A stretch of DNA of 64,000 bases from Balanoglossus misakiensis (Eukaryota > Animalia > Hemichordata), in NCBI GenBank assembly GCA_040954595.2, contig CM082594.2:6147962-6211961 (forward strand). The letters run 5' to 3'. How positions within the stretch are numbered: position 1 is the stretch's first letter; every line of letters starts with the position of its first letter. The notes beneath the pieces are model-generated. The model did not search any database. It was not told where the DNA came from and worked only from the letters and a program-made list of their open reading frames with translations. A program made the translations under genes and the position numbers. Shown here in pieces: positions 54,179-63,908 of this stretch.

Positions 54179-56162
54179 GTGTATATCCTCATAAATTGCC
54201 TTACACGCGAACAGACCTAACGGCAAAACCGACTCGGAAAAATCTCCCTGTAAACAGTGTCTTGAAAATATCTTCTCCAGATCTGTTGCAGCGTGAAATT
54301 TTGGTTTCAACAACGAAGTCAGCCGTTTACTTGTCGACCGATGGCGCTGTTCACGTAAATATTAGCAATCAACCCGGTAGCTGCTCTGACTCAGAACTGC
54401 TCCAATTCTAGCTAACTTCAAAACTTTTTGAAGGTCACCTTCAAATGACGAATATAAACTTATACACAATGGTTACAAAAGACACACACGATAATTATGG
54501 GGCACTGACGCAGAGATGTTTGCAGCCAAAGATACCTAGTGCAAACACTAGGGGGTTTACGTCAATGCTATTGGGATGCATCTCAACAAAGGATTAAGGT
54601 TGGCCAAATCACAATGAACAATTCGTGAGTAAGTGCGTATAGCTTGAAGATTTTCCAAAGTATTCACATTATGTATATTCATAGAATTATTCGGTTTCTG
54701 CCAAAATGCCGAACTTAAGCACACCGTCAAAACACTCTTAAATGTCAATTTCACAAAACGCCTCCAGCTATTGGCATTAATATAAATTTGCCAACCAATC
54801 TTGGGGTCTTGTCATATATCGCCTAAAGTCACATATCCCACAAAGGTGAGTAATTAGAAGAACTGCGAATAGAAATTCTAAGACACGCGTAAACAGCTTT
54901 GCCAACATTGAAATAACACTGTGATATAGTTTGTCACAATGGAAGAAACGCCACCATATGTGGGTGTTGCATTAGATGCACATACATTCTTTTGGTTGAA
55001 ATCAGTTACTGACATCATACTGAAAGTAATGTACATGTTTTCCTTCGTCTGTCATTATCAAAATTAAAAGATTTTTAGATGGAAATATCTTAAGGTTTTG
55101 ACAGATCTGTCAACTATATCCATGTCAATAAAAGTGTGAGTTTATGATTTTACAAGAGTTCCACTTATTCCGCAGCTATTATATCCAAGTAGCGCCAGCG
55201 CTTGACTTTCGCTAACTCACGTGTAGGTCACTCAGAATGATTAAAATCAAAACCCCGCACTACAGTAAAGGAATATCTGTATGTCAACCCCGATCTCCAA
55301 GGGGCAACGACATGCTTTCAATTTAAAACTTCAGTCGCTGGAAAAACATTATCGATTGAGAAACGACCACTACTAAATTGGAAGTTCGTAAACACCTCGG
55401 ACAGGAACTTGCCTTTCTGACACGTCTAAAAGGAAGTTATCGGAAAGAGACAGTTTATTGGGGGAAACGCAACAAAAACCGATCAAGCGTTTACAGTTGG
55501 CCATCTCCCGCAGAGAAGTATGCTATATCATCGACCACAAGGCATAGATTGATCTCAAGTTACACCGACAACATTTTTTGTAATAATAGCTGTTGTTGGG
55601 GGATGGGGTGAATATATATGCAGGAATCTAGCTCGTTAATGGGGAATTGATTTTCTTTGGCCTTTAGGAATCAATCCACTATTATATTGCAATGTTGCTA
55701 TAGTCGTTTAACTTTCCCATTTTGGAAACAATCGTTTTATCTCAGTATAGTCAAAACTGATTTACTTGGTGTTACATTACCACATGCATATTGTGGGTTT
55801 TGTCGTTATCAATGCAAGTGTTTAGTTCCTTCGCTTAGATGTAAAACTAACACGAATGGAAGTACTTTGTGATAATAAGAAAATGACCTAACAGTCTACA
55901 TTTCAATTATTTCACTGTATTATGTTTTGGAAAAAACACTGCAATCCAAATATATATTTTCTTATTAAAATTCAGCATTTTGCTAAATAGTTCGGGGTGC
56001 TACTTGTTTGCTGAAACTACATGAGACTATATGGTACCGCTGAAAAGCTCTCTTCGCGCAATCACAACGCTTGCCGCGCTATCGTAACAACAGATCCACA
56101 ATAATGTTTTGTGCATGGGGTTGCACGAAACATTGCAAGCAATAATATATACATGTATATAA

Positions 56163-56248
56163 AAAACCGTTGGGGTCCCCGATAACTTTCCTCTATGGAC
56201 CTTTCCCCATGTATTGAAAGAAGTTATTGGAGGTCCCCCAACGGCTTT
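56163..56248. repeat. Short imperfect inverted repeat (hairpin or miniature element)
   Basis: aaaaccgttggggtccccgataactt pairs with aagttattggaggtcccccaacggcttt across a loop of about 30 nt. Confidence 0.6.
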
Positions 56249-56433
56249 CCATACACATCACCTTATAAGGGCACCAATAATTTACACATCCATACTACAT
56301 GTGAGAGTATGGAATGTAGTGGGGCGAGGGCACTGGTGGGGGGGGGTAGGGGCGTGAGTGCATATGGGGGTGTGTTCTTGATCACTTACCTCGTACGTTC
56401 TTGTCCAAGTTGCATACGAGTTGTGTCAGCTTC

Positions 56434-56732
56434 AGTCTCGGTAATACCAAGACTCCCCCGCTTCCTCCGATGCCCTCCAGAAAGAGGGTCTGGGGCAATC
56501 CTATGCATGATCGTCGACATTTATGACATTTGATATTATGATATGACGATATAAGAGAACAATTTACCAAACTACTCTATCTGTCTTCAATGTGTAGACA
56601 GTTTTAGCAGGTCCAGCTTTATGTTTGAGGCTGCTTTTGACTCAAGTCGGCCATCTTTGCCAGGAATATTTCCCCAAACCTTCTTTCTGGAGCGCCAACG
56701 GAAGAAGGGGAGGAGTCTGGGTAACAGAGACT
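56434..56732. mobile_element. Small degenerate MITE-like element with about 60-bp imperfect terminal inverted repeats
   Basis: Left arm agtctcggtaataccaagactcccccgcttcctccgatgccctccagaaagagggtctgggg is the imperfect reverse complement of right arm ccccaaaccttctttctggagcgccaacggaagaaggggaggagtctgggtaacagagact. No clear TSD. Confidence 0.6.
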
Positions 56733-57034
56733 ATATCAGTTTGAATCCACGGTGCAGCTCGTGTATGCGGTGAGTGCATTGTAACAACTAAAGAAAACAC
56801 TCGCTCATTTATTTTGGGTTTTGCACTTTTTAAATTTTGCAGATGTCCATGGTTAAAATAAAGCCACGGAAACGGATGGAAATATTGCTTACCAGCAACA
56901 CATTACCAAAATAATTAATTTGCTTTAAAAGGGATTTATAAGCCCCTGGTTGGAGAAATGTCAAACAGTTTCAGAAAACCCAAATAAATGAACCAGTGTG
57001 TTCCAAATAATTACTAACGCTTGAAATGGCTTAC

Positions 57035-58753
57035 TTCTTGATACTTTGCTGGCTGTTTTCATCAGTTCTGACCAATCCTCCGTGCGATCCTCATCAAATT
57101 TGATAAAGTCTGAGACAGTTATGTTCGCACTCAGTGCTCCCTCGTAGATTCCCGAAGCCCTGACCACCCACTCGCCCTTGGTCGCCGAGAAGAGAATGAA
57201 TGTCCCCCACTGGTGGTGCTTGCAGGCGCCGACGAAGAAGTGACCAATCTTCTCCATGCCACCCCAGAGGCGGGTCAGCAAGGGATGTGCTGCTTTGTTG
57301 CCCAGCGCTGGGTCGCCTCCCACGCCAGTCAGAATCGGGACTTGCCAGTAGGCGCACAACTTCGAACAGATCGCCACGGCCCAGGAGCATGCAGGCCCAA
57401 TGACGACGTGAAGATTACCCTCCATGCACGAGTAGTGGCTTGTTAACAGGCCTGGCGCTATGACGTCCGAGCATTCCGTGTCCAGCAAGGTGTAGTTCAC
57501 GTGGAAGTGGGAATACCTCGCCGAGACTTTCTCCATCGCCACTTCAATGGCAGGCATGGATTGGCTGATGCGAAAGGGTCTGAAAGTATTGTGCCGTTCT
57601 GGTATCATCACAACGGCGTTTATTATGACGCTTGAGATTGCAGTGGTGGGAGCTGCAGATGAATTTGTTGCATCGCCTGTCCAGTTCGAGTCTGATCCGG
57701 TAAAGACGGTTCGGGGAAAAGTCACTGTGTTTGTATCAACATCTGTCCGTGGCGACACCGTTGGCGGGCGGCTGGCCTCGGTTGTTTCGTTGTCATTTCC
57801 AATGTCCTGATCGCGTGTCCAGTTCGAGTTTGTTCCTGTGAATACGGTGCGAGGAAAGGTGCGTGTCCGTGGCGACATCGTTGACAGGCGGCCGTCATCT
57901 TCCGTTGTATCACTGTCATTTCGGTGATCATGACCGCGTGTCCAGTTCGGGTATGTGCCTGTCACGACGGCATCGAAAAGAGTGGATTTATTCCAAGCAT
58001 TCGTCCCGGTCGATTTTGTGGATAGACGGCCGACCTCTTTCGTTGTATCGCTGTCACTTGGTTGGTCGGGTTGCCCACTTGTGGTGCTATACCGATGATG
58101 CTGCATTTCTGTGCCCGACGTGAAGGTCCGTGGCATCGTCGTCTGATAGGTTCGGCTTTCGGTGACCATGGTACCGTGGTCCCTCTCACTCGTTTCCGCT
58201 AAATTTGAGTTCGTTGTGAAATCGAGCGTTTCCTTTCGACGACTTGTACTTCCAGAGGAGCCCGCTGCAGCGCCTGTCCAGCCAGTTGTAAAATAACGTG
58301 TTTCAGTTTGAGTAATACGTCTTGCTGAACTTGTTCGGGCGCTTGTCCAGTTCGGGTCTGTGCCAGTCACGACGGCGTGGAGAAGAGTAGGTTTATTCCA
58401 CGATTTTGTCCCGGGCGACGTTGTGGACAGACGGCCAATCTCTTCGGGCACGGTCGTATCGCTGTCATTTTGGTCGTCCGGTTGTCCACTTGTGGTGCTG
58501 TCCTGATTATTCTGCATTTCTGTTTTCGAAGTGGCGCTCCGTGACATCATCGTCTTAAAGGCTTGACTTTTGGTCACCGTAGCAACGTCCCCCTCGTCAC
58601 CACCCGTTTCCGCTGACTTGGAGTTCGTTGTATATGCACGCGTTTCAGTTCCACTAGTGCTTCCAGCCGAACCTGTTGGTGCACTTGTCCAGTTTGTGTC
58701 TGTCACGTTGGCATGGAGAAAATTGGATTTATTCGCATTCGTCCAAGGCGACA
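57035..58753 (-). CDS. Module A, coding exon 2: Thr/Ser-rich mucin-like repeat stalk followed by the N-terminal part of an ANF-receptor (periplasmic binding protein type 1) ligand-binding domain
   Basis: Lies inside the 689-aa ORF 56961-59030. Acceptor ttttgtatctatccacag|TG (phase 1). ANF motifs from about 57629: NAVVMIP...MPAIEVA...DTECSDVIAP...HVVIGPACSWA...YWQVPILT...NK...LLTRL...HQW. Ends AAA GTA TCA AGA A|GTAAGC (phase 1). Length 1719 nt, symmetric. The 3' boundary is well supported, the 5' boundary less so. Confidence 0.85.
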
Positions 58754-58760
58754 CTGTGGA
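57660..58760 (-). repeat. Coding degenerate tandem repeat, 5 units of unequal length, inside module A exon 2
   Basis: Recurring peptide frame RLSTxSPxT...V(V/F)TGTxxNWT...NDSDTT. Plus-strand core gtccagttcg/gtccagtttg recurs at about 57679, 57817, 57940, 58345 and 58687. Confidence 0.85.
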
Positions 58761-58907
58761 TAGATACAAAACGTACATGTGGTGGTGTTTTTGAAAGAAA
58801 TACCAAAACCAAAAGTTTCTTCTGTTACAAAAAATGATGTTCTCACTTCGTGTGCACGTGGAATTGCTTTTGACACACCAACCATCAAAAATGAATACGT
58901 CACAGAC

Positions 58908-58939
58908 CTTCTCCCGTAACAAACTTCTCCCGTAACAAA
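58908..58939 (+). repeat. Perfect 16-bp tandem duplication in the module A intron
   Basis: cttctcccgtaacaaa twice. Confidence 0.85.
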
Positions 58940-59850
58940 GTTCTCGTGACATTCGGACAAACCCGATCCCAAGCGTCTTACAAAGTGAAAACAAAGAACT
59001 TCGATTGAACATTTTTATCGGGCTGGTCACCTATTTCGAGGCTATAGACATTGCGTTGGTGGTACTTATTGTTATCTGGCCCTGGTGATATCTTCAAAGT
59101 TTTTTCTACTTTATCAAACAGAACAATGAAAATAACGTTTGAGAATACCGCCCCTGTATCCCGTGGGAGTTAATTTTAAGTCTTTATCACTGGCATAGAA
59201 AAAAACAGGCATTGCCGTGACAGTGATAACGATAGTCATATTGTATCATATCTTATCTTGAAACACATTGTATTTTTGCGAAAAATGCATTTCGGATACT
59301 ATTGTTATACTTTTGTTATTAAATCTGTATAAAAGACTAATCAAAATGAGAATCTACTATAAAATTGCAAAGAATGAAGGAAGCTGCATAGCATGGTAAT
59401 AACATCTTGGTTTCGATTATCTTTTCGATTAATTTGCCCTATGAAGATAACGAATTGTCATTCACTGAAATACCCGAGGGTGCGCCTATCAACGAAACCG
59501 AAGCTAATTCAGTTCTGGAAATGTTTGTGAACGTTCGGCAAGTTCGTGTGTAGGTATACCTTTTAGCTTTCCGCCTCGCTCGAATGCGATTGTGGTTTCC
59601 CGTGATTTTTGTTTTTCGTTACACTGGAACCGCAGACTTGTCTGAATCAGACACGAGAATCGACTAGTAACTTCTAAAGATTGCAGAAACTCGTGGTTCC
59701 CAATATTTGAACTAGCCCCGGCGATAACAAATTAGCTCGTTTGTATTTTTTTTCATTGACTACAATATTTCACTATGACCATTGATCCCGCTGATACACT
59801 CAGTGGGATAAAGTGGTGCGGAAGGATACTTTTTAGGCAAATTGTCTCAC

Positions 59851-60172
59851 CTCTTGTCGATGCCTCGCTTTCGCTTTGGGACACATCAGTGGCATCGCTC
59901 TCGGTGACATCCGGGAGAGTTGACGTGTCGAGATCGCTGTCCTCTTCCGACTGGGCAACACTCTCAGAAGCCGTCGGTCCGTAGACGTGTGTCGGCGACG
60001 CGTCCTGCGTTGTCAGCAGACTCGGTCGGCGTGGTGTGCCGTCTGTCCCAGCATCGGCCGTTCCCCGCACAGTGCTTTCGGTGGCGACAGAGCGACACTC
60101 ATTCCTGCAGAGAAGCAGTACGGCAAACGTCAGGCTGAATATGCGCAGCAAGCGGTAATTCCCAGCCCTCAT
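59851..60172 (-). CDS. Module A, coding exon 1: signal peptide plus acidic Ser/Thr-rich segment of a natriuretic peptide receptor / receptor guanylyl cyclase-like protein
   Basis: ATG at 60172 followed by the basic-hydrophobic leader MRAGNYRLLRIFSLTFAVLLLCRNEC, then S/T/D/E-rich sequence. Ends ...TCG ACA AGA G|GTGAGA (phase-1 donor, intron starts 59850). GC-richer than its flanks. Phase matches the acceptor at 58754. Confidence 0.75.
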
Positions 60173-60930
60173 CGTGAACTCAGACGTTAAAAAATAACTT
60201 TAGCCTATTTTGTTCGTAAAACGAGCTCGAGAGAGTCAAGAATGCCAGAGACGTTGACTGTTGACTGTTCAGAGGCTACGAAACCTATACGAGATAACGC
60301 TTCACTCGAAACAAATCTGCGCAGAAGTATTTTCTTACATACAAAAACCCACAATACACGTTATACATTCTGGACCAATAGAAAGCCAGCAAGGAATTAC
60401 CAACAACAAGCACACGAACAGTGCCCCTATTTCACAAATACTGATTTGCCAGTGAAAATGTAACGCGTCACCAAAATTGATATATCGTGATCAATATTGA
60501 CGTGCATAGGCCTATACAGAAGGGAGACTGCTTCGTGTCATATAAAGGCTGATTATCCAAAGTTCCTAAAGCGTAGTTGTTTTCAAGCTCCGTAAATGTC
60601 ATTATTTATTTCAATTTACTTGTGTGTGTCAACAGGCAATATGCTGATTAATGAATTAGAAGGACGTACTTCTATATATTCATACGGCCAACAAACATTT
60701 CTTTCCATATAACGCACAGTTAAATGAATATTCGCAGGGGGGGGGGAGTGAAATTCAATTCCTTACAAACATCGACTATTTCAATCAAGTTCTATAGTAA
60801 ACTTACTTTGGCGTGTACTAGTTCGAAGTATCGAACGATTTGTGGTGAACAGTTGGCAATCCACAATATAGAATCTTCGGTGAGAAACATAACATAACGC
60901 GCGGGTATTGTCATTGATACAGATTATTCG

Positions 60931-60944
60931 CAACTAGGTGGCGC
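60931..60944 (+). promoter_or_regulatory. CTCF-like motif about 760 bp upstream of the module A ATG, in the divergent intergenic region
   Basis: caactaggtggcgc against the CTCF core CCACTAGGTGGCGC (13 of 14 positions). Motif match only. Confidence 0.4.
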
Positions 60945-61383
60945 GGGTTACCGCTCGATACTTCGACTACAGTGGCCTATATTGCACTACATAAGGTCGA
61001 GCACCAGAGGAAATAAGTGCAGTGGGGAGCAACAAGGTCTTACCGTTTTGGTCACAGTAAAAAATTTCGGGTTCACATCCTGTTACGATTCATTCTGTTC
61101 TATAAACAATGGCCACACCTGCAAAATAAAGATAAACAACGTAAGCCATTAATTAATTCCATAATCCATTACTTAATTTGTTATCCACAGTGGCTTGTTT
61201 ATGTTAATCCCAGTGGACCGCACAGGTCGTCGTGTTCTTTATAGAGAGTACTAAAAGTACTATGACATAAGCTTAGTCTAACTGTTTGAGTTAGCCGAGG
61301 CATACGTGTTGATTAAAAAACACTGGCAACACAGATGACGGAGGATTTATCGTGTATGATTGACAAATACATTATAATATCAT

Positions 61384-61410
61384 TATAAAACATTCCTGGC
61401 ATAACCGGAA
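61384..61410 (+). promoter_or_regulatory. Candidate core promoter of the sulfatase (TATA box plus ETS-like site)
   Basis: tataaaa at 61384-61390 and accggaa at about 61404, roughly 70-90 bp before the ATG. AT-rich background makes chance possible. Confidence 0.3.
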
Positions 61411-61476
61411 ACCGTTCTCCGCCGTTTGCATATATGTTGATATACTAGCACACCACCAAGACTTTCCATTGCAGAA

Positions 61477-61609
61477 ATGCGTGTGTTTAATGCTTTTGCT
61501 ATATGTGGCCTCCTTGCTTTCGGATACGTCCTCTTGCCATTTCTACAGAATGCCGACAACGGTCACAAGAAGAAGCCACATATTGTATTTATTCTCGCTG
61601 ACGATTTAG
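61477..61609 (+). CDS. Arylsulfatase B/I/J-like sulfatase, coding exon 1
   Basis: Hydrophobic leader, then KPHIVFILADDLG (sulfatase metal-binding DD motif). Donor TTA G|GTAAGA at 61610. Confidence 0.93.
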
Positions 61610-62565
61610 GTAAGAACATTTTGCCTAAAGTTCTTTCCCCCTTTTATCGCGCAGTCGAACCCTTTTCCCACTGCGACTTTTTTTTCCCCCAACTACTTTG
61701 AAAATAGTCTGGATATAAGTTGCATTTCAGTTTTACTTGATTATTTTTGTTTAAAAACCAGCTATTTGCAAAAATATCAATATAGTTTTATCGCATCATG
61801 TCTATTTGTACAATATTTCACGATATCACGTACTCATAAAATTGTTCCAAGTGCGTCACTGGTATATTTCATAAGATTAGTATATTAGCCACGTTGGTAC
61901 CATGCATTTTTTTGCATAAATTATGCGTGGTACCAGCCATTTTTGAATTGTCCCCATAAGTTAACTGCGCTTTCTAGCTAACGTATATCTGCACTGAATA
62001 CTCGACCATTTCATGAATGTTCCGTTCGTAAAAAATAAATATCGTATGGCGGCCATGTGTCATAATGCAATTGTAGACAGCAAGAATGGGCCCTGTGAAT
62101 TCTGACAAAAGTTATTCATTATACACTTGCCTTCCGCTCGGGCACTAATATACATGTAGTCAGATAATGCAATCATGCATGCAAGCTATACATCTCGTGA
62201 TATTACTCTGGTTAGATCATGATTTATCATTGCATTGTCATAAAACTCAGCCCGATTGAGTTCATTAAATTTCAAACAGGCAATGGATAACATGGATAAC
62301 ATTTACGTTTGACGTGGTGTCGTGATCAGAGTTTGCTAAGTATATAGGAGACTGAAAAGGACCCAACAGAGGATGACTCTTAAAGGCGCTTATTTTTTTC
62401 ATAAAACACCTCAATATCTCCGTGTCACTATGAGTGACGCATGCATGGAAGTGACGTCATCTTATATCATCTTATGTTACTAATATATAGGACGAGAGCC
62501 CCTCTCTGAAACCAAAAAAAGCATACTTTGTAGCCACTATTAATATATTGCAACTATATTTCTAG

Positions 62566-62677
62566 GCTGGAGTGATATTGGTTTCAATAATCCCTACGTC
62601 ATAAGTCCTACCATAGATGCACTGGCCAGAGGCGGTATCATACTAAATCAATCGTATGTGACGCAGTCCTGTAGTCC
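62566..62677 (+). CDS. Arylsulfatase B/I/J-like sulfatase, coding exon 2
   Basis: Acceptor tatttctag|GC. Translates (G)WSDIGFNNPYVISPTIDALARGGIILNQSYVTQSCS(P). Donor CC|GTAAGT (phase 2). Confidence 0.93.
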
Positions 62678-62849
62678 GTAAGTACATTGTATTAGCATAC
62701 ATTTTACTATCTGGGCACTAAGTTGTATGCATGATGAGATTTGTAAGGACGGACACGTCACATTTCGGTGCTGTTGTCATTTGTCACCGATTCAGAGCTA
62801 CACACTATTTTTTATGATCATATGACAAATTTTAAACGTAACAATATAT

Positions 62850-63055
62850 GGCGTTCACACATGGACCATTGAAACATTTCAGAAACGTCTCAGCCAAAAA
62901 TCTGACTTTTTTATGTGTGAACGGTTTGAGTGGTTTCAGATTTGAGACGGCTTTGCCGACCAGACTTAAGCCGGTGTGAACGATTATCACGTCTCCGCAA
63001 CACGCTGTCTATGGAGTCGAGCGCCAATACGCTTTAGCTTTGTGCGTGTGGACAC
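62850..63055. mobile_element. Possible decayed Harbinger/PIF-type MITE remnant in sulfatase intron 2
   Basis: cgttcacac at about 62852 with inverted copies gtgtgaacg at about 62915 and 62974 and a variant gtgtggacac at about 63046. This motif style is typical of Harbinger non-autonomous elements. Termini and TSD not resolved. Confidence 0.3.
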
Positions 63056-63305
63056 AAAGCGACTCAAAGGATTAATCCTCTGTGTTTACAATCGGCAAAT
63101 ATTGTCTCTAAATCAATCAATCAATCAACAAATAGTTTATATAGCGCCAAAATCCAAAACAAGAAATTTTGCCCAATGACGCTCATGGTTAAACCACACT
63201 GTAAAACGTTCTACCCTTACCCAGTGTAAACATAAATACAGATGCTACGTGCCATCATATCAATTGCCTTCTGTTATGTTCTGAATGAATAACTTTCCGT
63301 TATAG

Positions 63306-63357
63306 GTCCAGAGCAGGTTTGATGAGTGGATACTATTCCTACCGACTTGGGTTCCAG
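63306..63357 (+). CDS. Arylsulfatase B/I/J-like sulfatase, coding exon 3
   Basis: Acceptor ctttccgttatag|G. Translates (P)SRAGLMSGYYSYRLGFQ, completing the formylglycine motif CSPSRAGLMSG. Donor CAG|GTATTT. Confidence 0.92.
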
Positions 63358-63620
63358 GTATTTGCCAACATTGATTGTTCAAAACTTCAGAGTCTTTGTT
63401 ATGTTTCAGACTGCTAGTGTCTTTTCTACTTTGTTATAAAAGTTGATACCAGGCGACCTGGGGCGGAATTGTCCTCAAACCCCTTTCCAATCTCTGTCAC
63501 ACATGATACATCCCTCTTAACGCCCGCTATATGCGCCCTGGCACCAAAGATGAGTTCCATCTGCTAAAACATCTGCACTAGTGGATATGGCCAATCACAA
63601 CATTTGTCCTTGTACTTCAG

Positions 63621-63724
63621 GCAGGCGGAGTGCAACCTCGGATGCCATATGGTTTGCAAATAAACCTTAAACTACTCCCGAGAAAACTTCAACAACTTGG
63701 TTACACAACTTATATGGTTGGAAA
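63621..63724 (+). CDS. Arylsulfatase B/I/J-like sulfatase, coding exon 4 (gene continues beyond the window)
   Basis: Acceptor ttgtccttgtacttcag|GCA. Translates AGGVQPRMPYGLQINLKLLPRKLQQLGYTTYMVG(K), the start of sulfatase signature 2 (GYxTxxxGKWH). Donor AA|GTGAGT. Confidence 0.93.
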
Positions 63725-63737
63725 GTGAGTACTTGTC

Positions 63738-63908
63738 ATGTATGTATGTATGTATGTATGTATGTATGTATGTATGTATGTATGTATGTATGTATGTATG
63801 TATGTATGCATGCATGCATGTATGTATGTATGTATGTATGTATGTATGTATGTATCTATCTATCTATCTATCTATGTATGTATCTATGTATCTATGTATC
63901 TATGTATG
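63738..63908 (+). repeat. Compound microsatellite (TATG)n(TATC)n at the start of sulfatase intron 4
   Basis: Directly visible, starting 13 nt into the intron. Confidence 0.97.

Noticed and set aside
54557-54754. LQAIRTYSRIVHC (and AFSRVVIL at 20021-20275) resembling the spliced exon1/exon2 junction
   Set aside because: Isolated short matches with no flanking similarity; expected by chance among this many ORFs.
58754-59030. First 92 codons of the 689-aa ORF
   Set aside because: AT-rich, no signal peptide, contains a 16-bp duplication. A phase-compatible acceptor at 58754 and an upstream signal-peptide exon explain it as intron.
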